NCBI GenBank assembly: GCA_013287775.1
Contig: JABDDE010000002.1
Location: forward strand, 11,988 to 75,987
Reading direction: 5' to 3'
Length of the DNA stretch: 64,000 nucleotides
From: Chlamydiota bacterium
GTDB taxonomy: Bacteria; Chlamydiota; Chlamydiia; Chlamydiales; FEN-1388
The position numbers and the translations under genes were made by a program. Positions 17,945 to 26,343 of the stretch are shown here, one piece after another (the first letter of the stretch is position 1; every line of letters begins with the position of its first letter). The notes under the pieces are model-generated. The model had not been told where the DNA came from and made no database searches. It saw only the letters and a program-made list of their open reading frames with translations.

Positions 17945-18546
17945 CCCGCCACGGTAGTGGCGGCTGGTGTTAGCCCCGCGTGACCGAGGGAGCACGCATT
18001 GCGTGCGATCGAGGGAACGTGGGGTTGTGGGATCGAAAGAAGATCCGCGCCGCGGTAGCGGCGCATGAAGAGTGTTAGCCTAAGTGAGGAGCGAAGATTA
18101 CATGTTAATCGTAGTATGAAACAAATTCATAGTGTGCTTGTTGAGGCTATTTTCACTACACGGTTAAAAAAACAGAGCTGCGGTAACAGCGAAACCCATT
18201 TGTGTTGACATATTTAACGTACATATTGTTGTTACAGATACAATTCTGTTTCGCTGCTACCGCAGCTCTGTTTTTATTGATGCCTCATAAACCCCACGTT
18301 CCGCTCGGCCCGCGCGCTAGCGCCGCGGCCTTCACTGCACGCGGGGCTAGAGCCGCATTTCGCCACTACCGTGGCTCGGTTCTGATTGGTTACAGGTTTC
18401 TTTAAGTTGACACCACTCCAGCCTTAGCCTGATGCGTATGCCGCTGCCGAGGTGGGGTCCATATCAACTAGAGGCATAATATGTTATGCGTTTGCCTTAA
18501 GTGAACACTATTGGGTCTTAGCCTGATGCGTATGTGGTAGTGGCGG
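17945..18546. mobile_element. MITE-like modular repeat, rearranged or expanded copy
   Basis: Carries the modules ccacggtagtggcgg, gccccgcgtgaccgag, cgagggaacgtgggg and cagagctgcggtaacagcga with their inverted partners. Right terminus ctttaagttgacacc ends at 18414, followed by extra right-end modules. Confidence 0.7.
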
Positions 18547-18710
18547 TCAGTAAAGGCAAGGGTAGATTTTGCTATGGTGGCGCAAAAGAGTTGCATTTTT
18601 TACATTATCCTTGTTATAGTCTAGAGCGTAAAAGAGAAACCAGCTACACATTGTCGCATCAGTGCTGCGACAATGTCGTTCATAAAGTGGTTAGCGAGTA
18701 AGGAGGAAAA

Positions 18711-19295
18711 ATGAAATATTTCAAAATCTTGATGGTGTCAATTTTCTTGGCAGTAATTGGTGTTGCGCCTACTTCTGGGTGGACAATTGAAGCCTGCCGA
18801 GAAAAGCCAGCTTTAGATGATAATCTATCGTGGCAAAAAGTAGTGCAGTATGCCCAAAAGAATTTGTCATTAACAGGGCAACTGCTTGTAAAATCAGATG
18901 GATTTGCTTACTTGAAGGTTGATGATGCATACATTCACGACCTGTTTCCCATGCTTGGCCTAGAAAAGGATGGATTTAACAAGCCCCCTTACTTCCGGTC
19001 AAAAGAGGCTCCTGGAGCACATATTAGCGTATTTTATAAGGATGAACACATTAAGGCCGCAGAGGTTGGTCAATATTTTCGCTTTGAGCTTAAGCAAATT
19101 GTGATTGTAAAGGCAGACAAAGATACAAGCTATGCAGTGTTACAGGTGGTCTCCCCTGAATTAGAAAGGTTGCGAGAGAAATATGGATTATCTCCTAAAT
19201 TACATGGACATGAATATCATATTTCTTTAGGAAAGAAAACATATCGTTGTGGTAAAAAACATATTAAGGAGTCGAGTGAAACAAATCGCCATTAA
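18711..19295 (+). CDS. secreted 2H-phosphoesterase-like protein (tentative)
   Basis: Signal peptide plus two H-x-S-x motifs (AHISVF, YHISLG) ~68 aa apart in a ~170-aa mature protein. Confidence 0.45.
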   Translation: MKYFKILMVSIFLAVIGVAPTSGWTIEACREKPALDDNLSWQKVVQYAQKNLSLTGQLLVKSDGFAYLKVDDAYIHDLFPMLGLEKDGFNKPPYFRSKEAPGAHISVFYKDEHIKAAEVGQYFRFELKQIVIVKADKDTSYAVLQVVSPELERLREKYGLSPKLHGHEYHISLGKKTYRCGKKHIKESSETNRH

Positions 19296-19989
19296 AATTA
19301 TCTACGATAATTGTACAGCGAATGAACATTTCCAAGCAGGATGGGGATTTTCTTGCGTAGTTGAGGTTGGCCTTCGTAAAATCCTGTTCGATACAGGAGC
19401 AGATGTGCATGCTTTCTTTTCCAATCTTCAAAAATTTGGCATGCAATGTGAGGAAATTACCGACGTCGTATACTCTCATAAACATGCTGATCATATTGCA
19501 GGGTTTGAAGAGGTTATTGGAAAAATCAAACAGAGTGGCCGGCTTTTTCTTCCAAAAAAATTCCCATCTAAAAAACGACCTCCTACTATTCACACAGAAA
19601 TTGTTGAAGAGTTTCAAGAGATAGATTCAGGGATATATTCCTTGGTCTTAAAAGGTGGATTTTTTTTCTATGAGCAAGCGCTTGTAATAGAAACCAAAAA
19701 CGGTTTAGTGGTCATAACAGGATGTGCGCATCCAGGAATTATTACACTATTACAAGAAGTTCAAAAACGATTGAAACAACCTATTCATCTTGTCTTAGGC
19801 GGCTTTCATTTGTTTCGCAGTAAACAAAGCTACATTGACGAAGTGGTGCATCAATTTAAAGCTCTTAAAGTACAAACGGCAGCTCCCTGTCACTGTACTG
19901 GAAGCATGGCAATCGAGCGATTTCACCAAGCTTTTAAAGAGAATTTTTATAAAATTGGAGCAGGGACAATGCTTACATTAGATAAGTAA
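19276..19989 (+). CDS. MBL-fold metallo-hydrolase (COG1237-like)
   Basis: GTG at 19276 with AAGGAG 5 nt upstream. HKHADH (HxHxDH) motif. Confidence 0.7.
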   Translation: MKQIAIKIIYDNCTANEHFQAGWGFSCVVEVGLRKILFDTGADVHAFFSNLQKFGMQCEEITDVVYSHKHADHIAGFEEVIGKIKQSGRLFLPKKFPSKKRPPTIHTEIVEEFQEIDSGIYSLVLKGGFFFYEQALVIETKNGLVVITGCAHPGIITLLQEVQKRLKQPIHLVLGGFHLFRSKQSYIDEVVHQFKALKVQTAAPCHCTGSMAIERFHQAFKENFYKIGAGTMLTLDK

Positions 19990-21100
19990 CTTGTTGTAGA
20001 TAGGCTTCAAATTTCTCCAAAATATCTGGCATATTCTTTTTACCAAATCCGATTCGGAAATAATTTCCAGGAAGGTCAAAAACTGAGCCTGGCATAATTA
20101 AAATCCCGGTCGTACGTACGAGCCCTTTAGCAAACGTATCTATTGGTATGGGCAGCTCTAGCTTCACAACAGCCATTGTGCCGCTTTGCGGTCGGATCCA
20201 TGATAAGCGTTTTTGGTGACGTGTCATACAGGCATCCAGAATCTTGAGATTATGCAGGCAGATGTCCCGGCTTCGTTGTAAAATCTGTTCTTTGGCTCGG
20301 AGCGCCATGATTGCAAGGATTTCACTGGGAGCGCTATTGCAAATAGAGGTGTAGAGCTTATATGAGCCCACTTCTTGTAAAAAATTGGCCTCACGAGTTG
20401 CTATCCAGCCGATTCTTAGTCCTGCAAGACCAAATGATTTTGTCATTACATTAAGAGCAATACCTCTCTCATATGCATCTGCAATGGAAGGCAGCCGCTT
20501 TGCTGCGTCTACTTCCAAGTAGCGATACACCTCATCACAAAAAATATACGCCCCGTGATTTCTGGCGAGCTCGATGAGTTGTTCCAAAGCTCGTTTCTCG
20601 AGTAAGGCTCCTGTGGGGTTATGAGGATAGTTGAGTATGAGTAGCTTAGTATTGGAGCGAAAAGCTGTTTTCACAGCATCTACATCTAGATGCCATTGAT
20701 TCTCGGGTTTGAGTTGTATGGTAGAAACTTCCCCTCCACACACTTCAGGCAGTGTTGCAAGCGATGGATAACAAGGAGCGATGACGATGACATGATCTCC
20801 TGGTTCGAGTAAGACTCGCATCGTGCAATAAATTCCCTCTTCTGCTCCAGCAAAGGTGATGACGTCATCAGCTTTTACAGAGGTATATAGCTGTGCTATT
20901 TCCTCTCGAAGTAGGGGATGTCCTGGAGATTCAGTATAGCCGAGCGCAAGAGAGTTCCATAGTTTTTTAGAATCTGGATCGGCAAGCTTAAGAAGCTCTT
21001 GCAGCGTCCAGGTTTCAGCGTCCGAACAGCAAAGCAGATAGGGCGCGATAAATTCATATTTTTTCCAAAATTCTTCTAATTTAAAGGCAGGGATTTTCAT
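19973..21100 (-). CDS. PLP-dependent aminotransferase, class I/II
   Basis: NYPHNPTG and SKSFGLAGLRIGW (PLP lysine) motifs. Confidence 0.8.
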   Translation of the reverse strand: MKIPAFKLEEFWKKYEFIAPYLLCCSDAETWTLQELLKLADPDSKKLWNSLALGYTESPGHPLLREEIAQLYTSVKADDVITFAGAEEGIYCTMRVLLEPGDHVIVIAPCYPSLATLPEVCGGEVSTIQLKPENQWHLDVDAVKTAFRSNTKLLILNYPHNPTGALLEKRALEQLIELARNHGAYIFCDEVYRYLEVDAAKRLPSIADAYERGIALNVMTKSFGLAGLRIGWIATREANFLQEVGSYKLYTSICNSAPSEILAIMALRAKEQILQRSRDICLHNLKILDACMTRHQKRLSWIRPQSGTMAVVKLELPIPIDTFAKGLVRTTGILIMPGSVFDLPGNYFRIGFGKKNMPDILEKFEAYLQQVTYLM

Positions 21101-21701
21101 CTGTTTTCCTCAAATAATTATAGATAGTGGCGCGAGAAAGGTTGAGCACGTCAGCTGCATATGTGGCTGCGTGTTTAGCATTAAAGGCGCCTTCTCGATG
21201 AAGCGCCTTAATGAGGTCTCGCTTTTTTTCTTTGGACAGCATCTTGAGTGTCGTGCTTTCTCTTTTCAAATAATCGCAAACATAGAGGTTTATTTTTTCT
21301 CTCCAGTCGTTTTTGAAAAGGACCTCAGGCTGATTTTGGTAATTTTGCGTGGCTACCCACTGATCCAAAAAACCGCGAAATTCTTCCCATTTTGAAATGT
21401 CCAAATTGATACATAAGAGACCCATTGGATTTTTATTGTGATCGCGAAGAGTAGCGGTCGTTGCCTTCATTTTCCTGCCATCCCAGTTTGTTTTTGCATA
21501 CACCGGAAAAACGTCTGGGAGTTTGGTATGATCTGCTACCTCTTCAAGCAAAGAGAGATCTCCTACACTCCTCTTGGAAAAATTGTTATAAATAGCCGCG
21601 ATTTTTCCTGACTGTAGATCATGAATAACGACTTCTGCATGCGGCTGCAGTAAAAGTGTAATTGCCTCTGCTATGGGAAAATAATGTTTTAAAGTAGTCA
21701 T
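21081..21701 (-). CDS. YheO-like PAS plus HTH transcriptional regulator
   Basis: N-terminal LLQPHAEVVIHDL pattern and C-terminal HTH (AADVLNLSRATIYNYLRK). 20-nt overlap with the aminotransferase gene. Confidence 0.6.
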   Translation of the reverse strand: MTTLKHYFPIAEAITLLLQPHAEVVIHDLQSGKIAAIYNNFSKRSVGDLSLLEEVADHTKLPDVFPVYAKTNWDGRKMKATTATLRDHNKNPMGLLCINLDISKWEEFRGFLDQWVATQNYQNQPEVLFKNDWREKINLYVCDYLKRESTTLKMLSKEKKRDLIKALHREGAFNAKHAATYAADVLNLSRATIYNYLRKTDENPCL

Positions 21702-21802
21702 ATCCTAACCTTTTTTATATATTTTAGTCTAAATTAGACATAGTTGTCAATGCGTAATCATCTCTTTGCACTATTCGTGTGTGGTGTGCTATTCTTCATG
21801 GC

Positions 21803-22063
21803 ATGAAATCTATTCCACACAAACCAGAGCCTAGTTTTTCAGATGCGGCTCAGAAGATAGTTATCAATGGCTTATACGAGCATTATAAAGGACAGCGGTA
21901 TAGGGTGTTAGCAATTGCACACCATAGTGAAACTCTTGAAGAGCTTGTCGTGTATCAGGCCTTATATGGACAAGAGCGGGTGTGGGTGCGACCTCTTGCG
22001 ATGTTTTTGGAAAATGTTACCGTAGAAGGACAGCCGAAGCCACGATTCAGATTTATCGCGTAA
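21803..22063 (+). CDS. DUF1653 family protein
   Basis: YEHYKGQRYRVL...LVVYQALYG...WVRPLAMF core. Confidence 0.6.
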   Translation: MKSIPHKPEPSFSDAAQKIVINGLYEHYKGQRYRVLAIAHHSETLEELVVYQALYGQERVWVRPLAMFLENVTVEGQPKPRFRFIA

Positions 22064-22096
22064 ATTGCATTTTGCAAACGTGGAAGTGGCAAGTGG

Positions 22097-22966
22097 TTAT
22101 GCCTTTGTAGATAAAAAATCTTTTATGTGTTTAAACCACGCATGAGGTTTTTCAACGTATGGAAAATGACCGCAATTTGTCAGTAACACATATTGTGAAT
22201 CCTTGATGCTTTCATGGATCTTCTGGGCGGCATTTGGAGGAATTGGGTCGGCATCTCCATGTATAATTAACGTTGGCGTTTTTAAGCTCTGTAAAGCACT
22301 ATATAAGTTAAAATATTTTTTATATAAAGTGTTTCGAAACTGTTCATAGACTTGTGAGTATCGTAGGTATGCAGAAGAGGACATGCGCAGGTTTAAGAGC
22401 TGTACTTTTTCTGGATCATAGCAGTAGACACTGAAAAACATTCTGTACAGCTTCTCCATTATTTCTGGGTTTCCTTCCGCAAATGCTTTCGTCAGGTGTA
22501 TAGCGTCTAACTCTTTTTGATAAGGAGTCAAACGGCGAGTCTTTTCTTGTTCAAAAAGAGTATATTCTTCTAATGAAGCGGGTATAGAATTTGAAAGAAT
22601 GAGTTTTGCTACACGCTCGGGATGGGCAATGGTATATTGCATTGCCAAAAAGCCTCCCCAAGAATGCCCAAGAATGGAGATTTTTGGAAAATGAAGAGCC
22701 TCGCGAATGGCATCCAAATCATGCACGAACGTTTCAATGTTCATGGTGCTTGGAGTAATATCTCCGGTTGATTGACCACAGGCTCGTTGATCATAAAAAA
22801 TTATCAGGTTATTTTCTGCCAGCCTGTATAGTTGGGGAAGTAGATAATCCTGGCATAGCCCCGGACCACCGTGCACCACAATTAATGGCTCACCTTTGCC
22901 GGCAGCTCTATAAAAGAGCTTGGCAGTTCCAGCGCAAACAAAATCTTCTTTATGAAACGTGTGCAT
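22097..22966 (-). CDS. alpha/beta hydrolase (proline iminopeptidase-like), cytoplasmic paralogue
   Basis: HGGPG oxyanion motif and GHSWGG nucleophile elbow. Visibly a close paralogue of 24740-25687 by eye, but without a signal peptide. Confidence 0.8.
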   Translation of the reverse strand: MHTFHKEDFVCAGTAKLFYRAAGKGEPLIVVHGGPGLCQDYLLPQLYRLAENNLIIFYDQRACGQSTGDITPSTMNIETFVHDLDAIREALHFPKISILGHSWGGFLAMQYTIAHPERVAKLILSNSIPASLEEYTLFEQEKTRRLTPYQKELDAIHLTKAFAEGNPEIMEKLYRMFFSVYCYDPEKVQLLNLRMSSSAYLRYSQVYEQFRNTLYKKYFNLYSALQSLKTPTLIIHGDADPIPPNAAQKIHESIKDSQYVLLTNCGHFPYVEKPHAWFKHIKDFLSTKA

Positions 22967-22970
22967 GTGT

Positions 22971-23201
22971 ATTTATAACGCGATGTGCGATTTTAAGTGC
23001 TTTCAGGCACAAGTGCCTCAAAAGCACTTAAAGTCGCACAGGCAATTCAACTTATGAGCTGTTCGAATTGCAAGGGTTCATAGCTTTTTTTTGCCCAAAG
23101 GGCAAAATGCTAACCCCCAGGGCAACGCCCTGGGCCAGATGATGACCCAATATTGTTGCCTGAAGGGCAACACCAGCAAAAAGTCGCACATCGCGTATTT
23201 A
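22971..23201. repeat. hairpin-dense element bounded by ~24-bp inverted repeats
   Basis: atttataacgcgatgtgcgatttt (22971) pairs with aaaagtcgcacatcgcgtatttat (23178). Internal hairpins include ttgccc-aaag-ggcaa, cccaggg-caacg-ccctggg and gttgcc-tgaa-gggcaac. Confidence 0.5.
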
Positions 23202-23272
23202 TATGTGCGTATAACTGAATAGCGGCTTTTTGTAAAGGTCTTCCTAGGAATGGTGTTGTCATTTTAGGAACT

Positions 23273-23649
23273 TTATTGCTTTGGAATAACGGGAATTAGA
23301 TTTGCATACAAGCCGCGCTTGTCAAGCTTAGCCATCCACACCTCATGATCTTGCCTGCCGAAAACAACCCAAACACATTGATCATCAATGACAATACCGC
23401 AAGGGAAAACCACGCGGCAAGGCTTTATCATAGTATACTCTGGGCCATGGTAAAAATTCTTGCCTATAATTGGGCTTTGGCTCATTGCCGTTATTGCAAA
23501 TGGTGGCTCCTTTGCAAAGGTATAGGCGCCCATAAAGTAATGTTGTATGGGTTGTCTTTTGGAGCTTCCACTTGCGCAAATGCCCTTGCAATTAGCCCTT
23601 GGGCTGAAATAAAAGAAATTAATAAACAAAGTAATAACTTTTTATTCAT
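23273..23649 (-). pseudogene. frameshifted secreted-protein gene (signal peptide and body in different frames)
   Basis: ATG at 23649 (ATGA overlap with the upstream stop) encodes MNKKLLLCLLISFISAQG... and stops after 51 codons. The long ORF 23273-23629 is in another frame. Confidence 0.4.
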
Positions 23650-23930
23650 TTGGCTCCGCTTCTAAGGAGTGCTTTTACTTGCGATGAGACAAGATCCTGC
23701 TTCAGATAAGGTATATGCGCGCTATGCTTAAATAATTCATTCAATTCTGTAATCTGAAACCATTTTGTAGGGTCATCAACACGGCGTCGCAAATATTTTC
23801 TCTGTGCATTGAGAATATTTTCCGCCTCGACACGGTTGAGATCATGTATATGATGTACCCAAGTAGGAATAAGGCCGCTACAGTCCATTATTGGTGTTGC
23901 ACCTTCGGGAAATTCAAAAAATGACGCCAT
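23646..23930 (-). CDS. truncated Fic-family protein (N-terminal part of mobile mystery protein B type)
   Basis: FPEGATPIMDCSGLIPTWVHHIHDLNRVEAENI matches the N-terminus of this family as remembered. 94 aa only, and no HxFx(D/E)GNGR motif. Confidence 0.5.
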   Translation of the reverse strand: MASFFEFPEGATPIMDCSGLIPTWVHHIHDLNRVEAENILNAQRKYLRRRVDDPTKWFQITELNELFKHSAHIPYLKQDLVSSQVKALLRSGAK

Positions 23931-23931
23931 A

Positions 23932-24393
23932 TCATTCTCCCCACAATTTAGAATCGGGTCCTTGTAAGAGCCGATTTGTTTCTTGCTTCAGCAATTCCTC
24001 ATTAAAACGTTCATCTGGTTGTTGCTCCTCTAAATTCATTGTGCCTTTAAGATATTGTAACTGCGTTGCAGCGATTTTTTTAGCCTGATTGTGCCTCATA
24101 ATATCAATCGGCGCTTTCAGGAAAGGAAGGATCACCAGCTCGCACGAAATGGCGTGAAAAATTTTATTTAGAGTGGTTAAATTAATGTGCTCATGCCCAC
24201 TTTCTATACGTGACACAGTAGATTGAGGGACTCCTGCTCGCTTAGCTAGTGCTTGCTGTGATATTCCTAACTGTTTGCGGATGAGTTGCAGTATTGCGCC
24301 AATACTTAGCCCTTTCAATGCAAGTCTCATTTTTTGAGCGGCATGGGTGATTTCTTCAACAAGAAGTTTTTCGGCAGGAGAATATGATTTCAT
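23932..24393 (-). CDS. XRE-family HTH protein (mobile mystery protein A type)
   Basis: HTH LGISQQALAKRAGVPQSTVSRIESG. 153 aa, 1 nt upstream of the Fic-like gene. Confidence 0.6.
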   Translation of the reverse strand: MKSYSPAEKLLVEEITHAAQKMRLALKGLSIGAILQLIRKQLGISQQALAKRAGVPQSTVSRIESGHEHINLTTLNKIFHAISCELVILPFLKAPIDIMRHNQAKKIAATQLQYLKGTMNLEEQQPDERFNEELLKQETNRLLQGPDSKLWGE

Positions 24394-24413
24394 AGTGCAC
24401 CTCTAGACATAAT

Positions 24414-24496
24414 TATAGCATATTTGCTATAAAAAATGTCAAGTTTTATGCACCATAAGCATAAAAATGGGCAAAACCTATAGCATTTATGCTATA
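24414..24496. promoter_or_regulatory. two TATAGCA-N4-TGCTATA palindromes upstream of the HTH gene (operator candidates)
   Basis: Copies at 24414-24431 and 24479-24496. The first lies 21 nt upstream of the ATG at 24393. Confidence 0.4.
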
Positions 24497-24532
24497 AATG
24501 CCTCATACTTTTACGCCGTTATCTATACTAAT

Positions 24533-24639
24533 GGTGTCAATTTAAAGAAACTTGTAATCAATCAGAACCGAGCCATGGTAGTGGCGGAGTCCATTTACCT
24601 GATAGCATGATTTGTCATACGTTTCCTTAGGGTGACACC
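24533..24639. mobile_element. MITE-like element, 107-bp internal-deletion derivative retaining both ends
   Basis: Left end ggtgtcaatttaaagaaacttgtaatcaatcagaaccgagccatggtagtggcgg is joined to right-end modules ...gtttccttagggtgacacc. Confidence 0.7.
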
Positions 24640-24739
24640 ATTGCCTGGGGAGATACAGCAATTCGGACTTCACGAGGAAGTCCACACCTCATGGTCTTGC
24701 CTGCCGAAAACCACCCACTCACATGTTTCTTCTGAACTG

Positions 24740-25687
24740 TTACGACTTTGTCGTTAAAAAAATTTGTGTGTGATTAAACCACGCATCCGGTTGTTCAACG
24801 TACGGAAAGTGCCCACAATCTGTTAGTACCACATATTTCGAATCCTTGATATTTTCATGGATTTTTTGGGCGGCAATGAGAGGAATAGGATCAGTGTCTC
24901 CATGTATAATTAACGTCGGAATTTTCAAGCGCTGTAGTGCTCCATATAAGTTAAAAGATTTTATAAAAATAGAGCGTCGGAAATATTCATAGACTTGTGC
25001 GCCTCTTAGGGACGCGGAGGGGGGTATGTATAGATTTAAGAGCTGCACTTTTTCTGGATTATAACAGTAAGTGCGCAAAAGCATCCTATACATCTTCTCC
25101 ATTATTTCTGAGTTTCCTTCTGCAAATTCTTTCGTATGCTGAATAGCTTCTAATTCTTTTTGATAAGGAGCCGTGCGCCGAGTGTATTCTTGCATAAAAA
25201 GAGCATATTCTTCCGATGCAGCAGGCATGGAATTTGAGAGAATGAGTTTTTCTACGGATTCAGGATAAGTGAGTGCATATTGCATTGCTAAAAACCCTCC
25301 CCAGGAATGTCCAAGAATGGAGATTTTCTGAAAATGAAGAGTCTGGCGAATGGCATCCAAATCCTGAACAAACGTTTCAATGTTGATCGTGTCGGCATTG
25401 ATGTCTCCAGTTGATGCACCACATCCTCGCTGATCATAAAAGATTACTAGGTTGTTTTCTGCCAATTTGTATAGCTGAGGAAGTAGGTAATCCTGACTTA
25501 ATACTCCGGCACCGCCATGCAAAACAATTAATGGATTTCCTTTTCCAAGCGCTCTGTAGAAGAGTTTGGCGCTTCCAATGCAAACGAAATCTTCTTTTGG
25601 AACTTCTGTATATGCGTTTGCAATGGGCTCCTTCGCTGAAATGAAAGAAATTAATAAGCAAAAGGAAAGTAAAAATTTTTTTATCAT
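24740..25687 (-). CDS. alpha/beta hydrolase (proline iminopeptidase-like), secreted paralogue
   Basis: Signal peptide MIKKFLLSFCLLISFISA, plus HGGAG and GHSWGG motifs. Confidence 0.8.
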   Translation of the reverse strand: MIKKFLLSFCLLISFISAKEPIANAYTEVPKEDFVCIGSAKLFYRALGKGNPLIVLHGGAGVLSQDYLLPQLYKLAENNLVIFYDQRGCGASTGDINADTINIETFVQDLDAIRQTLHFQKISILGHSWGGFLAMQYALTYPESVEKLILSNSMPAASEEYALFMQEYTRRTAPYQKELEAIQHTKEFAEGNSEIMEKMYRMLLRTYCYNPEKVQLLNLYIPPSASLRGAQVYEYFRRSIFIKSFNLYGALQRLKIPTLIIHGDTDPIPLIAAQKIHENIKDSKYVVLTDCGHFPYVEQPDAWFNHTQIFLTTKS

Positions 25688-25774
25688 ATTAACATCATTG
25701 TTATTTTTGTGTGTTTGCGACTTGTGGCCTTCTGAGGCCTACGGGTGTAGATTATATACCTAATTTCGGCTTTT

Positions 25775-25791
25775 GTCATGTGCAATTTTCC
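25775..25791. repeat. PAL-1 half-site (left arm only)
   Basis: gtcatgtgcaattttcc with no right arm. Confidence 0.7.
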
Positions 25792-25931
25792 GCCTCTTTT
25801 CCCATAGTTCCACCTTCACAAGAAGGGAAATAGAAGGACAAGTTTTATGCACCATAAGCATAAAAATGGGCAAAACCTATAGCTTTTATGCTATACATGC
25901 CTCATACTTCTACGCTGTTATCTATACTAAT

Positions 25932-26305
25932 GGTGTCAACTTAAAGAAACTTGTAACCAATCAGAACCGAGCCACGGTAGTGGCGGAAGCTCATTAGCCC
26001 CGCGTGACCGAGCAGCGTGCGCTTAGCGCACGCCGAGGGAACGTGGGGTCATGGAGCATAAATAAAAAACAGAGCTGCGGTAGCAGCGATACAGAAATGT
26101 ATCTGCACCAACGATACAACGCAAATGGGTTTCGCTGCTTCCGCAGCTCTATTTTTTAACCGCTGCCCAACCCCACGTTCCGCCGGCCGTAGCGCATGCG
26201 CTACGGCCGCGCTCCACGCGGGGCTAATGAATTCCACCGCTGCCGCGGTGGGGTCCATATCAACTAGAAGCATAATATGTTACACGTTTGCCTTAAGTTG
26301 ACACC
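25932..26305. mobile_element. MITE-like element, full 374-bp copy (long imperfect inverted duplication)
   Basis: Termini ggtgtcaacttaa / ttaagttgacacc. Both arms carry the same module order. No ORF with coding character. Confidence 0.75.
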
Positions 26306-26343
26306 ACTCCAGCCTTAGCCTGATGTACATGACACTACCCCCT

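Noticed and set aside
18202-18405. ORFs inside the MITE-like elements (18202-18405, 26049-26273, 33188-33466)
   Set aside because: The sequence is repeat DNA with nested hairpins. The ORFs differ between copies and have no start context, so they are treated as artefacts.
21727-21739. GTCTAA-A-TTAGAC palindrome in the yheO-like/DUF1653 divergent region and a GTCTA-containing direct repeat at 31397-31414, as a shared operator
   Set aside because: The motifs are short and AT-rich, so the similarity between the two sites is too weak to distinguish from chance.
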